Shown here one piece after another: positions 29,239-39,450 of a stretch of 64,000 bases of DNA. Position 1 is the first letter of the stretch, and each line of letters opens with the position of its first letter. Below the pieces are notes generated by a model, which saw only the letters and a program-made list of their open reading frames with translations, did not search any database and had not been told where the DNA came from. This DNA comes from Thermoproteota archaeon. Its GTDB lineage: Archaea > Korarchaeota > Korarchaeia > Korarchaeales > Korarchaeaceae. The stretch is from NCBI GenBank assembly GCA_027491395.1, contig JAOZFI010000006.1:1-64000 (forward strand). The letters run 5' to 3'. The position numbers were made by a program, and so were the translations under genes.

Positions 29239-29556
29239 ATGGGCTCTGGATTGAGGGAGAGGGTGCTCAGGGAGCTTAGTGGACCGGAGGTGCTCCATCT
29301 CAGGGAGCTCCTGAGGAGGCTGGATGTCTCCATCTCCGAACTTAAGCCTGTACTGGAGGAGATGGTGAGAGAAGGGCTGGTCGAGAAGTTCTCTCATGGA
29401 GGATACACGTTCTACAGGATAACCAGTGAGGGTAAGGGATTCCTGCTTCAGATGGAGGCCGAGTCCCTACTCCCAAGTGAGGGAGTGGGGGTGGAAGCCG
29501 ATGAGGGTTCAGAAAGAAGCATCGGAGAAGGTGAGAGTGAGGATACGGAGGGTTGA
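29239..29556 (+). CDS. Winged-helix domain protein with acidic tail
   Basis: LRELLRRL...L..M..EGLV....YRIT.EG pattern. Confidence 0.7.
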   Translation: MGSGLRERVLRELSGPEVLHLRELLRRLDVSISELKPVLEEMVREGLVEKFSHGGYTFYRITSEGKGFLLQMEAESLLPSEGVGVEADEGSERSIGEGESEDTEG

Positions 29557-29579
29557 GGTCAGGTAAAAGATTCGGTGAT

Positions 29580-30470
29580 TTAGACCAACCCCCTTTCCTT
29601 CATCACCTTCTCCAGTAGGGGAGCTATTTCGAATGGGGTCTTAGCCACCGGCACCCCGGCCTCCCTGAATGCCGCCTCCTTGCTCTCAACAGTGCCCTGT
29701 CCTCCGGTTATTATGGCTCCCGCGTGTCCCATTCTCTTGCCGGGAGGTGCGGTCCTTCCAGCCACGTACGCCACCACCGGCTTGGGATAGTTCGTCTCTT
29801 TTATGTAACGAGCGGCCCTCTCCTCAGCATCTCCTCCGATCTCCCCTACCAAGACGACTGCCTTGGTTTCTGGATCCTCCTTGAACATCTCCAGCACCTC
29901 TATGAAGTTAAGTCCAGTTATCGGATCCCCGCCTATGCCTATGGTCGTGCTTGATCCGTAGCCGTCCTCCTTGAGTGAGATGGAGATCTCATAGGTCAGG
30001 GTTCCACTCCTCGAGACTATCCCGACCGGTCCGGGAGCGAAGGCGTCGGCGGGCATTATCCCTATCTTCACCCTGCCAGGCGCGATTATACCGGGACAGT
30101 TGGGTCCTATTATTGTGGTTCCCTTGCTTTTCGCGTAACTCACGAACTTGGCCGTGTCGTGGACGGGTATACCCTCGGTTATCACCACCACTAAGGGTAT
30201 TCCGTTATCGACAGCCTCGATGACCGCATCCAAGGCGAAGGGGGCTGGCACGAATATTATGGAGGCGTCTATAGGTCCCACCTCCTTAATCGCTTCCTCC
30301 ACCGTGTCGAAGACCGGAACACCGTGGACCTCCGTTCCCGCCTTTCCTGGAGTAACCCCAGCGACCACGTTCGTTCCATAATCAAGCATGAGCTTCGTGT
30401 GGATGGTTCCCTGCCTTCCAGTAATGCCCTGAACTAGCACCTTCATGCCCTCGCGTACCAGTATCGCCAT
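29580..30470 (-). CDS. sucD: Succinyl-CoA synthetase alpha subunit
   Basis: [31 protein letters not shown]. Confidence 0.96.
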   Translation of the reverse strand: MAILVREGMKVLVQGITGRQGTIHTKLMLDYGTNVVAGVTPGKAGTEVHGVPVFDTVEEAIKEVGPIDASIIFVPAPFALDAVIEAVDNGIPLVVVITEGIPVHDTAKFVSYAKSKGTTIIGPNCPGIIAPGRVKIGIMPADAFAPGPVGIVSRSGTLTYEISISLKEDGYGSSTTIGIGGDPITGLNFIEVLEMFKEDPETKAVVLVGEIGGDAEERAARYIKETNYPKPVVAYVAGRTAPPGKRMGHAGAIITGGQGTVESKEAAFREAGVPVAKTPFEIAPLLEKVMKERGLV

Positions 30471-30530
30471 CCGATCACCGGGTCCAATCGGCGGTGTAAT
30501 GATTAAAATTATCGATAGAAGGATTGCCCT

Positions 30531-31661
30531 ATGAGGTTGCTCGAGTACGAGTCAAAGGAGGCACTCGCTTCAAAAGGAGTGCCAATCCCCCAAGGTGAAG
30601 TCGCCAGAACTCCAGAGGAGGCTGCCACTATAACTGAGAAGCTAGGTGGGAGGGCTGTTTTGAAGATTCAGATCCCCCACGGGCAGAGGGGGAAGGCCGG
30701 AGGGATAAAGGTAGTCAGCTCACCGGAGGAGGCTAGGCAGGTAGCCAGCGAGCTGCTCTCCAAGACGTTTTACGGTTACAAGCCTGAGTCCTTGCTGGTG
30801 GAGGAGCCCATAAAGGTCAAGACTGAGATATACGTAGGCGCGATCGCCGACAGAAATGCGAGAAGCATGACCTTCATCTCCACTCCCTATGGGGGGATGG
30901 AGGTCGAGGAGATCGCTGCGGAACATCCCGAGTCAATAGAAAAGAGGTCCGTCCATCCCCTGCTCGGGATGGTTCCCTACATTGCCAGGGCTTTGGCCAA
31001 GAACGCCTCCATGAACGTGCCTGACAAGCTGAGGGAGATACAGAAAGTTGTCATGGCTTTATGGGAGGTCGCTAGGGACTACGATGCCATGATGCTCGAG
31101 ATAAACCCTCTAGCGGTCACGGAGGACGGCAGGCTATTGGCCCTAGATGCTAGGATAGAGGTGGATGACAACGCCCTGTTCAGGCACAAGGAGTTCGAGA
31201 AGCGATACTATGCGGTGGGCAATCCGAGGGAAGCGGAGGCAAAGAGAAAGGGAATAGCTTATGTGGAGCTCGAGGGTAACGTGGGCACGATGGCCAACGG
31301 AGCAGGTCTGGCGATGGCCACCATGGACCTAGTCTACACCTTCGGAGGGAAGCCTGCCAACTTCTGTGATGTAGGAGGGGGCGCCTCAGCTGACAGGGTC
31401 GCCGAGGCTCTGGAGCTTGTGGTGAGCAATCCCAAAGTGAAGGTGGTCCTGATAAACACGCTATGCGGAATAACCAGTTGCGTGGATGTGGCTGAGGGCG
31501 TGAGGAAGGTGCACGAGAAGGGCCTCCTCAAAGTGCCCGTGGTGGTCAGGATGTCCGGTAACAGGGCTGAGGAGGGCAAAAGCATCCTGTCGGAGCTCGG
31601 AATAAAGGCGACGGAGAAGGCCGTGGAGGCAGTGAAGCACGCCATCGAGCTGGCCAAGTGA
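30531..31661 (+). CDS. sucC: Succinyl-CoA synthetase beta subunit
   Basis: [38 protein letters not shown]. Confidence 0.95.
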   Translation: MRLLEYESKEALASKGVPIPQGEVARTPEEAATITEKLGGRAVLKIQIPHGQRGKAGGIKVVSSPEEARQVASELLSKTFYGYKPESLLVEEPIKVKTEIYVGAIADRNARSMTFISTPYGGMEVEEIAAEHPESIEKRSVHPLLGMVPYIARALAKNASMNVPDKLREIQKVVMALWEVARDYDAMMLEINPLAVTEDGRLLALDARIEVDDNALFRHKEFEKRYYAVGNPREAEAKRKGIAYVELEGNVGTMANGAGLAMATMDLVYTFGGKPANFCDVGGGASADRVAEALELVVSNPKVKVVLINTLCGITSCVDVAEGVRKVHEKGLLKVPVVVRMSGNRAEEGKSILSELGIKATEKAVEAVKHAIELAK

Positions 31662-31700
31662 GGGAACTTTTTTATATCCCTCTAATCCCTGTAGGTGATG

Positions 31701-31777
31701 GGGCCCGTAGCTCAGAATGGTAGAGCGCCCGGCTCTTAACCGGGAGGTCGGGGGTTCGAAGCCCCCCGGGCCCGCCA
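31701..31777 (+). tRNA. tRNA-Lys (CTT)
   Basis: Cloverleaf, anticodon loop CTCTTAA, encoded CCA. Confidence 0.96.
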
Positions 31778-31956
31778 TCTGTTTCCTTCTGTATTCTGTA
31801 GTCTGTAGCCTCTTACGATCATCGATCTTGATTGCCTAGAAATCGATACTCCCCGTGAGTTCACACTTTGATGACACCCTAGCTCACACCTCAACGATCT
31901 GGGGTGTTTGAAGAAATGGGTAAAACATTGGTTTTGGAGTTATAATGAGTGAAATG

Positions 31957-32032
31957 TGGTAGCCCCGCCCGGATTCGAACCGGGGTCTCCGGGTCCAGAG
32001 CCCGGCGTGCTTGGCCGCTACACCACGGGGCT
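31957..32032 (-). tRNA. tRNA-Gln (CTG)
   Basis: A1-U72, anticodon loop CTCTGGA, encoded CCA. Confidence 0.96.
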
Positions 32033-32343
32033 CCGGAGTGATCATCGTCGTGATAAGTTCATAAGCTTTGCGGTGGGGTCCCCGCGGTCCCTAGAAAGAC
32101 TGACTACCTCACCGCTTTACTGACGATTTATTTTATGTGTATTTGGCATGGATATGTAACTTCTTTGAGCATTTAGGATGGAGGTATCCAGCTGATGGAG
32201 CATCTAATGACAGGACCCCATCATCTGATCAAGAGGCATGGCCGGGGGGACGGCGATCAGGGGCTCTCCTTTAATGTTAGCGTTCCTGATAAGGTTCTAG
32301 GGGATCAGTTGAGCGATCGGCTCTATTTCGTGGATCTAGCAGG

Positions 32344-33111
32344 TTAGGCTCTAGAGGTCCTCTCCTTGAGGGATCTCACCTTCTCCTCTACGTTGCCGCC
32401 CTCCTCTATGTGAGTTCCCACCACCACTATGTCGGCGCCCGCCCTGACCCTCTCCTCCACCTGGTCGGGGGACCTCAATCCCCCTCCCACTATCATCCCG
32501 AGTCCCGTCTTCGCTCGAACTGCGGCCACCATCTCGACTGGAACTGGCTCCTCAGCACCGCTACCCGCCTCGAGATACACCCACCTCATGCCCAACAACT
32601 CAGCCGCCATGGCATAGGCCAGCGCTATCTCCGGCTTCTTCCTAGGAATGGGATTTACCCACCCGACCCATCCCGCGGCGCTAGTGTGTCCGGGTTCGAC
32701 TACGAGGTATGCGGTGGGCATGACCTCTATTCCCAGCCTCCTAACGACCGGCGCCGCTAAAGCTTGGGCTTGGATTATCCAGTAGGGGTTGGACGAGTTT
32801 AGGAGGGACATGAAGAGTATCGCGTCAGCGTAGGGAGAGACCCCGTCCACGTTACCGGGGAAGAGTATTACAGGGAGATCGGATCCCTCCTTGGCTCCCA
32901 GTATGGTATCGTTGAGCCCGAAAGCCGCGCCAACCGAGCCACAAACGAATATGAGGTCGGCCCCACCTCTCTCAGCTTGGGAGGTTATTTGACGCGCCTG
33001 ATCCCTCGTGAGGTTTGCGGGATCCAGTAGCACGGCGAGAAGGGCCTCCTTCCTCGATCTCTCCCTTATCCTCTCCTCTATGGACATCTCTCTTTGGGAG
33101 AGAGGAGACAA
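32344..33111 (-). CDS. Geranylgeranylglyceryl phosphate synthase
   Basis: LLDP, LPVILFPG, SLLNS.NPYWI, YLEAGSGA, VGGG motifs. Confidence 0.93.
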   Translation of the reverse strand: MSPLSQREMSIEERIRERSRKEALLAVLLDPANLTRDQARQITSQAERGGADLIFVCGSVGAAFGLNDTILGAKEGSDLPVILFPGNVDGVSPYADAILFMSLLNSSNPYWIIQAQALAAPVVRRLGIEVMPTAYLVVEPGHTSAAGWVGWVNPIPRKKPEIALAYAMAAELLGMRWVYLEAGSGAEEPVPVEMVAAVRAKTGLGMIVGGGLRSPDQVEERVRAGADIVVVGTHIEEGGNVEEKVRSLKERTSRA

Positions 33112-33125
33112 TATAAGGAGGGGTG

Positions 33126-33485
33126 TTAGTCATCTGCTCCAAGTTCGGCCAACCTAGCCAGCCTGGTGGACAGATCTTTGAGCCTCTTCTTACTATCCTT
33201 ATCCAGCTCCATGTGCTCCAGCTCGGAGACTATGCTATTCAAGTAGTCCAACAATCTATGGCGACTCTCCCCAATCAGACCACGTAGCGGAAAGCCCTGT
33301 AGGGGAGTCACCCTGGAGTAGAGCTTCGGACCCAAGTAGCACCTCTTTTTCCTCCACTTGCTACCCTCCTTGTATATGTGAACCGCGTAGAAGTACACCT
33401 GCTTGGATCCCTTGACTGTCCTCCTCTCGATGTAGCTGTAGGGCTGACCGCAGCGTGGACATATCTTCTCGCTCATTACCCACAA
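33126..33485 (-). CDS. Small Zn-ribbon/beta-hairpin protein of a type common in archaeal viruses and plasmids
   Basis: CPRCG...YFYAVH...RCYLGP followed by helical tail. Confidence 0.6.
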   Translation of the reverse strand: MWVMSEKICPRCGQPYSYIERRTVKGSKQVYFYAVHIYKEGSKWRKKRCYLGPKLYSRVTPLQGFPLRGLIGESRHRLLDYLNSIVSELEHMELDKDSKKRLKDLSTRLARLAELGADD

Positions 33486-33550
33486 ATTTATGGGTAAAAA
33501 TATAACCTTTGCCCCCCTAAATTTATGGGGGGCTGGAGGCGAGTGACCCG

Positions 33551-34105
33551 ATGAAGAGAGGGATCAGGATACTCGCCGTGGACGATGCACCCTTCAATAA
33601 ATGGTCGGATGAGAAAGCATTCCTCGTCGGACTTCTCTTCAGGGAGTTGACTCTTGAGGTGGCCTTGAGGGAGATCGTGAGCGTCGATGGCGATGACTCG
33701 ACCTCAGCCCTTGTCAGGATGGTGAGGCATCCAAAGGTAAGAGAGGAGGTGAAGGTGGTCTTCACTCACGGGACGACGTTCGCGGGCCTCAACCTGCTCG
33801 ATATGCGATCCTTCTATGAGGAGACCGGCGTGCCGGTGATAGCCGTCACCTCAAAGGAACCTACTGATGAGATAAGGGATGCGCTCCGGGCCGCAAAGCA
33901 GGAATGGAAGGACGAGATTCTAGAGAGGAACCCGCCCTATAAGGCGCTCGAGACCCCACATGGAACCTGCTACTACTCCCACCTTGGATTGGGAAGGGAT
34001 GAGGTTGAAGAGTTGCTGAGGAGGTACTCCATAGAGTCCAAGCTACCTGAGCAGCTTAGGGTGACTGACCTAGTAGCGAGGCTGCTCGAGGGCCTTGCCC
34101 CCTAA
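33551..34105 (+). CDS. DUF99 family endonuclease V-like protein
   Basis: LAVDDAPF, VDG.DST, G.TFAG.N, KLPE.LR motifs. Confidence 0.88.
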   Translation: MKRGIRILAVDDAPFNKWSDEKAFLVGLLFRELTLEVALREIVSVDGDDSTSALVRMVRHPKVREEVKVVFTHGTTFAGLNLLDMRSFYEETGVPVIAVTSKEPTDEIRDALRAAKQEWKDEILERNPPYKALETPHGTCYYSHLGLGRDEVEELLRRYSIESKLPEQLRVTDLVARLLEGLAP

Positions 34106-34160
34106 ACTATTTATTGACGGAGGGGATCATCAGGAGAGCTGAAGGAAAGGAGGGATCCCT

Positions 34161-36494
34161 TTGTCTAGACGAGAGCCCCGACTCAAGGAAAAGCACTGGT
34201 CTCCCGATATGGAGCTCGAGATGCAGAAGGTGTGGGAGGAGGAGAATACTTATCGCTTCAATCCGAACTCTGGTAAGCCCCTCTTTTCCATAGATACACC
34301 ACCTCCCTACGCCAGCGGTAAGTGGCACATAGCTGCAGCCATCCATTATTCTCAGATCGACATGATCGCGAGGACCCAGAGGATGAAGGGTTACGAGGTC
34401 TACTTCCCCTTCGGAGTGGACAGGAACGGCCTCCCGGTGGAGGTGGAGACCGAGAAGAGGTACAAGATTAAGATGTTCGAGTACCCGAGAGAGGAGTTCC
34501 TCAGGCTGTGCAAGGAGTTCCTAGACGAGGCCGAGCAGGATATCCTCTCAATAGTCAGGAGATTGGGTATCAGCGCAGACACCAAGAACTACTTCCAGAC
34601 TGATAGCGAGCAGTGGAGAGCCGTGACTCAAGCCACCTTCATCGACGCCTGGAATAAGGGATATGTTTACGAGGACTACAGGCCGAACATATACTGCCCG
34701 AGGTGCAGGACCACACTAGCTGATGCGGAGGTCGAATACAAGGAGCTCCCCACCAAGCTCGTATACCTCAAGTTCAGGGTGGAGGGGAGTGAAGAGGAGG
34801 TAGTCGTGGCAACTACTAGGCCGGAGCTCCTCCCAGCATGTAAGGCGGTCATATACAATCCTGACGATGAGAGGTACAAATGGCTGAAGGGGAAGAGGGT
34901 GGTCACGCCCCTAGGGGACGCTATACCCATTATGGAGCACCCGTACGCTGACCCCAAATTCGGGACCGGCTTGGTGATGATATGCTCCTACGGTGACAAG
35001 ATGGATGTCCAGCTCTTCAGGGAGCTCGGTCTGGAGCCGAAGATAGTGGTCAATGAGGACGGCACCCTCAACGAGAGCGCGGGGGAGTATGCGGGCCTAA
35101 CTATACAGGAAGCAAGGAAGAGGATAATAGAGGAATTGGAGCGGAAGGGGCTCGTTGAGAAGGTCGAGACCATAATGCACAGGACTCCTGTGTGCTGGCG
35201 TTGCAAGACCCCTCTGGAAATAGTCCCGATGAGGGAGTACTATCTGAAGCAGGTAGATCTGGTTCCGGAACTCGAGGAATACCTTGATGTGGTGAGGTTC
35301 TATCCGGAGTGGGCATCCAACTACTGGAGGGACTGGTTGAAGTCCGTGAGTTCCGACTGGCCCATCTCTAGGAGGAGATACTACGCCACGGAGATACCGG
35401 TGTGGTACTGCAAGAGCTGCGGAAAGCCCGTGTTACCACCTCCCGGTAAGTACTACCGGCCCTGGAAGGAGGACCCCCCCTACGACAGGTGCCCGCACTG
35501 CGGTTCGACGGCTGGCTTCGAGGGAGAGAGGAGGGTCTTCGACACATGGATGGACTCCTCCATCTCGCCCTTGGTCTACAACGGATTCGGTTGGGACGAC
35601 AAGCTCTTCGGTAAGCTGGGATCGAGCGATCTAAGACCTCAGGGCAAGGACATAGTGAGGACTTGGCTCCACTACACTTTCCTGAGGGTGCATCAGGTGC
35701 TAGGGAAGCCGGCCTTCAAGCACGTCTGGATATCGGGGATGGGGCTAGATGCGAAGGGCAGGGCGATGCACAAGAGCTTGGGTAACATAATATACCCGTG
35801 GCCCCTGTTCAAGAAGTATGGAGCCGATGCTGTGAGATTCTTCGGTGCGGCGGAGGCGCATCACGGCTCAGACTTCAGGATATCTGAGAGGAAGATAGAG
35901 GGGGCCTACAAATTCCTGCAGAAACTGTGGAACGTAGCCAGATTCATCTCACAATTCGAGGAACCTGAGGAGATGCCTGAGTTGGAACCCACTGATCTCT
36001 GGATACTGGGAGAGCTGAACGGGTCTATAAGGAGAGCTCTATCAGGGTATGAGAGGTTCGACTTCTTCGATCCGGCTAACGAGGTCAGGATATTCGTCTG
36101 GGATGTGTTCGCCCCGCACTACATAGAGCTCGTCAAGGGAAGGGCCTACGGTGATGGTGTGGGTGAAGGGAAGTCGGTGGCCGCGAGGTGGACCCTCCAC
36201 TACGTCTTGAAGGCCGTGCTTAGATTAGCGGCCCCCGTCATCCCCCACATCACTGACTACATATGGAGGAGCATCTATGGGGGAACGGTCCACAGGGAGC
36301 TCTTCCCTGAGGTGAGGGAGGAGTGGGACACTGAGTACTTGGAGATCGGGAGTAGGTTAATGGAATTCAACAGCCTGGTATGGAAGACCAAGAAGGAGAG
36401 GGGCATGAGGATGAAGGATCCAATAGAGATGGAGATCCCTATAGAACTTAAGCCGTTCGAAGAAGATCTGAGAAGCCTTCACAACATAAAGTAA
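34161..36494 (+). CDS. valS: Valyl-tRNA synthetase
   Basis: IDTPPPY.SG, ATTRPEL, DW.ISRRRYY, DTWMDSS, RPQGKDI, MHKS.GN. Confidence 0.95.
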   Translation: MSRREPRLKEKHWSPDMELEMQKVWEEENTYRFNPNSGKPLFSIDTPPPYASGKWHIAAAIHYSQIDMIARTQRMKGYEVYFPFGVDRNGLPVEVETEKRYKIKMFEYPREEFLRLCKEFLDEAEQDILSIVRRLGISADTKNYFQTDSEQWRAVTQATFIDAWNKGYVYEDYRPNIYCPRCRTTLADAEVEYKELPTKLVYLKFRVEGSEEEVVVATTRPELLPACKAVIYNPDDERYKWLKGKRVVTPLGDAIPIMEHPYADPKFGTGLVMICSYGDKMDVQLFRELGLEPKIVVNEDGTLNESAGEYAGLTIQEARKRIIEELERKGLVEKVETIMHRTPVCWRCKTPLEIVPMREYYLKQVDLVPELEEYLDVVRFYPEWASNYWRDWLKSVSSDWPISRRRYYATEIPVWYCKSCGKPVLPPPGKYYRPWKEDPPYDRCPHCGSTAGFEGERRVFDTWMDSSISPLVYNGFGWDDKLFGKLGSSDLRPQGKDIVRTWLHYTFLRVHQVLGKPAFKHVWISGMGLDAKGRAMHKSLGNIIYPWPLFKKYGADAVRFFGAAEAHHGSDFRISERKIEGAYKFLQKLWNVARFISQFEEPEEMPELEPTDLWILGELNGSIRRALSGYERFDFFDPANEVRIFVWDVFAPHYIELVKGRAYGDGVGEGKSVAARWTLHYVLKAVLRLAAPVIPHITDYIWRSIYGGTVHRELFPEVREEWDTEYLEIGSRLMEFNSLVWKTKKERGMRMKDPIEMEIPIELKPFEEDLRSLHNIK

Positions 36495-36495
36495 G

Positions 36496-36605
36496 TGGCG
36501 CCGGGGGTGGGATTCGAACCCACGAGGCCCGTGAGGGCCACCGGATCTCGAGTCCGGCCCCTTGCTTCGCCGGGCGCTTGGGCCCTCTGGCTAGGGTACC
36601 CCGGC
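36496..36605 (-). tRNA. tRNA-Ser (CGA) with 21-nt non-canonical D-loop intron (36566-36586)
   Basis: Long variable arm, anticodon loop CTCGAGA, G73, CCA. Removing the intron restores D-loop AGCCAGGCA. Confidence 0.88.
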
Positions 36606-36660
36606 TCTACCCCGCCACTTCCTCTCTGGTCTCTGGGGCTATAAATGTTGGGGTGGTAAG

Positions 36661-37419
36661 ATGGACGCTGCCATCGTCTTGGGGACAGCTGGATCAGGTA
36701 AGACTACCTTCACTGCGAGTTACTCCGAATGGTTGAGGAGAAGATTCATGCCACTCCGAAGTTGCACAGCCAACTTGGATCCTGGAGTGCTGAGCCTGCC
36801 CTACAAACCCGATTATGATGTTAGAGAGCTGGTCAGCGTGCAGGATATAATGGAAAGAGAAGGATTGGGCCCCAACGGCGCTCTGGTGAGGGCTGCGGAG
36901 ATCATGGTGGCTAAAATGGATGAGATAGTCGAATCCCTATGCTCTCTCAGCTGCGATCATCTGGTGATAGACACCCCAGGGCAGATGGAGATCTTCGCCT
37001 TCAGGCCCTTGGGGAGAGTGCTGTGTGAGAAACTCTCCTCATGCCTTAATCTGGCTGCCGTCTTTTTAGGAGATCACGAACCGGGAAGGGAACTGGAGGA
37101 TGTCGTTACCTCTGCCCTGCTTGCCAAGATACTAGAACTGAAGCTCGGAGTGACTGTGATCCCCCTGCTCAACAAGATGGATATCTGGTGGGGCGAGGGG
37201 ATCGAGGAGGTATGGGGGAGAGTGCTGAGGGGGGAGGTGGATGGGCTCGATACTGGCGAGGGTACCCTATCTGATGCATTGTTGGAGCTAGTGAGGGCCG
37301 TCTCCACCTTCAAATCACCGGTCAGGGTGGTGGCCATCTCAGCTAAGGAGGGAACCAACTACCAGGAGGTTTTCGATCTTCTAAGCGAGGTGTGGTGCTC
37401 CTGCGGAGATATGACTTGA
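36661..37419 (+). CDS. GPN-loop GTPase
   Basis: GTAGSGKTT, NLDPG, GLGPNGA, DTPGQME, NKMD. Confidence 0.93.
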   Translation: MDAAIVLGTAGSGKTTFTASYSEWLRRRFMPLRSCTANLDPGVLSLPYKPDYDVRELVSVQDIMEREGLGPNGALVRAAEIMVAKMDEIVESLCSLSCDHLVIDTPGQMEIFAFRPLGRVLCEKLSSCLNLAAVFLGDHEPGRELEDVVTSALLAKILELKLGVTVIPLLNKMDIWWGEGIEEVWGRVLRGEVDGLDTGEGTLSDALLELVRAVSTFKSPVRVVAISAKEGTNYQEVFDLLSEVWCSCGDMT

Positions 37420-37961
37420 TCGGCATTGACCTAGCCGTTAAGAAACCCTCCTCCCTAGCGGGTTACTCAAAAGGGAGGGGGATAGAGATATGGAGAATGG
37501 CCCATCATGAGCTGTTAGAGGGGGAATTAGAGACCGAGCTCGTCGTTATAGATGCGCCCCTCTCCCTTCCCAAGGAGGGTGCCTTCAGGGACTTCGAAAG
37601 GAAGGTATTATTGAGAGGATACAGGCTCCTACCTATAAAGAGGGGACCGATGAGAGAGCTAGCGATCATAGGATCACAGCTGAAGCTTAAATTGGAGAGT
37701 AAAGGGGTTAAAGTGTTAGAGACTCATCCATCATCAGCCCTGAAGGCGATCGGAATAACTAGGCATCAAGTGGTCTCCCTCCTGTCGAAGATGGGCTTCA
37801 TCCCGAGCCCACCTAAGAGTGAAGATGATGAGGATGCCCTGATATGTCTGTTAGTAGGTATGCTCTACCTGAAGGGAGGAGTAGAGATCTATGAGGGCGA
37901 GGAGGGGTTGATGGTCTTGCCCAAGCCGGGATTGAGGTTCAGGGATTTGGATCTCACTTGA
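37392..37961 (+). CDS. DUF429 family (RNase H-like fold) protein
   Basis: GIDLA, IDAPLS, ETHP, D..DA motifs. Confidence 0.8.
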   Translation: MVLLRRYDLIGIDLAVKKPSSLAGYSKGRGIEIWRMAHHELLEGELETELVVIDAPLSLPKEGAFRDFERKVLLRGYRLLPIKRGPMRELAIIGSQLKLKLESKGVKVLETHPSSALKAIGITRHQVVSLLSKMGFIPSPPKSEDDEDALICLLVGMLYLKGGVEIYEGEEGLMVLPKPGLRFRDLDLT

Positions 37962-38010
37962 AGGAATTGAGATCACCTTTTTAGTAGCGATGGGGGGTAA
38001 CTGACATTAG

Positions 38011-39447
38011 ATGGCACAGCAAGTGGAGATCGTCAGGAAGTTCTTGGGTAGAGGCTATAACATATCACCGGAGGCTTTGGCCCTCTTAATGGAGCAAGAC
38101 ATTGGGGAGGTAGACTCCTTACTTGATTCTATTCCTGATAAACCCGTAATAGAGTTACATGACTTGGAAGAAGCATTAAGGAGGATGAGGAGACGCGTAG
38201 AGAGGCAAACCTCCTATGCTACTGGAGAGGTCTTGGAAGGGGTGAGTATCGTCAAGTCCCCTACAAATTTGGGGGTAAAGGGAAGCCCAGAGGAATTCGT
38301 GGAACTTATGAGGAAGAGGTTTCAGTTCTTGAAATCTGTTCTCATGAGTAAGAACGGGATAGATCCCATCCCCATATCCAATCTCCTGAATTCGACGTCC
38401 AGGAATGGAGATAGAGTGCTCGTGGTCGGGATGGTTTTGGAGAAAAGAGTGCTGAGGGACTTCTCCATAAGGATGGAGATAGATGATGAGACCGGGTCGA
38501 TCCCCGTCGTATTCAAGAAGGGCAGTAGATACTGGGATAAAGCCGATAAGATTCCTGTAGATAGCGTGATAGCTGTCAAGGGAACCTTCGTCAATGGGAA
38601 ACTTTACGCTGATACTTTCAGGATCCCGGATCTCAATGGCGAGCTGGTGAGGCCGGGCTCGGCATCTGGGAGAGTTGCCTTGGTAAGCGACATCCACATG
38701 GGAAGTAAATACTTCAACGAGGAGGCCTTTGGGAGGTTCGTGAGGTGGTTGAACAGCGACCAAGCAAGAGATGTGAAGTATTTGGTGATCTGCGGCGATT
38801 TGGTTGATGGTATTGGCGTCTACCCCAATCAGGAGGAGGAGTTGAAGATATCGGATGTATACAAGCAGTTCCAACTGGCATCAGGGTTCTTGGAGAGGAT
38901 CCCCAAGGACATCAAAGTAGTCTATATACCTGGTAATCACGAGCCGGTCAGGCAGGCAGAGCCCCAGCCAGTCGTCCCAGAGGAGTATTTGGATCCTCTG
39001 TTGGAGGTTAGACCTGATCTCATACCCCTTCCCAATCCGACGATGATAGGTATAGGCGATATACGCATTCTGGTCTACCACGGACGAAGTCTGAATGCCA
39101 TCTTCAAACACATACCTGGTTTGCAGCCCATAAGGCCCGAGTCCGTCGTTGAGGCCATGAAATGGATCCTCAGATTAAGGCACTTAGCTCCCATCTATGG
39201 GGAACACCCGATAGCTCCAGAGAGTGAGGACTGGCTCTTAGTGGATCAGATTCCCCATGTTCTCCACGTCGGTCACATCCATGTGTATGGAGTGGGGGAG
39301 TACAATGGGGTGAAGATTGTCAACTCGGGGACTTTTGAGAATGAGACTCCATACATAAAGAGTTTGGGAATCGAAGTAACTGTGGGGAAAGCCCCGATAC
39401 TAAATCTAAAGAGTATGGAAATCGAAGTGAAGGATTTCTCCTCATAG
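38011..39447 (+). CDS. polB: DNA polymerase D small subunit DP1
   Basis: OB fold, then SDIHMGS, GDLVDGIG.YP.Q, PGNH, YHG, RHLAP, GHIH. Confidence 0.94.
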   Translation: MAQQVEIVRKFLGRGYNISPEALALLMEQDIGEVDSLLDSIPDKPVIELHDLEEALRRMRRRVERQTSYATGEVLEGVSIVKSPTNLGVKGSPEEFVELMRKRFQFLKSVLMSKNGIDPIPISNLLNSTSRNGDRVLVVGMVLEKRVLRDFSIRMEIDDETGSIPVVFKKGSRYWDKADKIPVDSVIAVKGTFVNGKLYADTFRIPDLNGELVRPGSASGRVALVSDIHMGSKYFNEEAFGRFVRWLNSDQARDVKYLVICGDLVDGIGVYPNQEEELKISDVYKQFQLASGFLERIPKDIKVVYIPGNHEPVRQAEPQPVVPEEYLDPLLEVRPDLIPLPNPTMIGIGDIRILVYHGRSLNAIFKHIPGLQPIRPESVVEAMKWILRLRHLAPIYGEHPIAPESEDWLLVDQIPHVLHVGHIHVYGVGEYNGVKIVNSGTFENETPYIKSLGIEVTVGKAPILNLKSMEIEVKDFSS

Positions 39448-39450
39448 CCG

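Noticed and set aside
32040-32340. Possible C/D or H/ACA sRNA (hairpin 32070-32115, CTGA boxes near 32190-32230)
   Set aside because: No convincing RUGAUGA box or ACA tail, and no guide complementarity could be established by eye.
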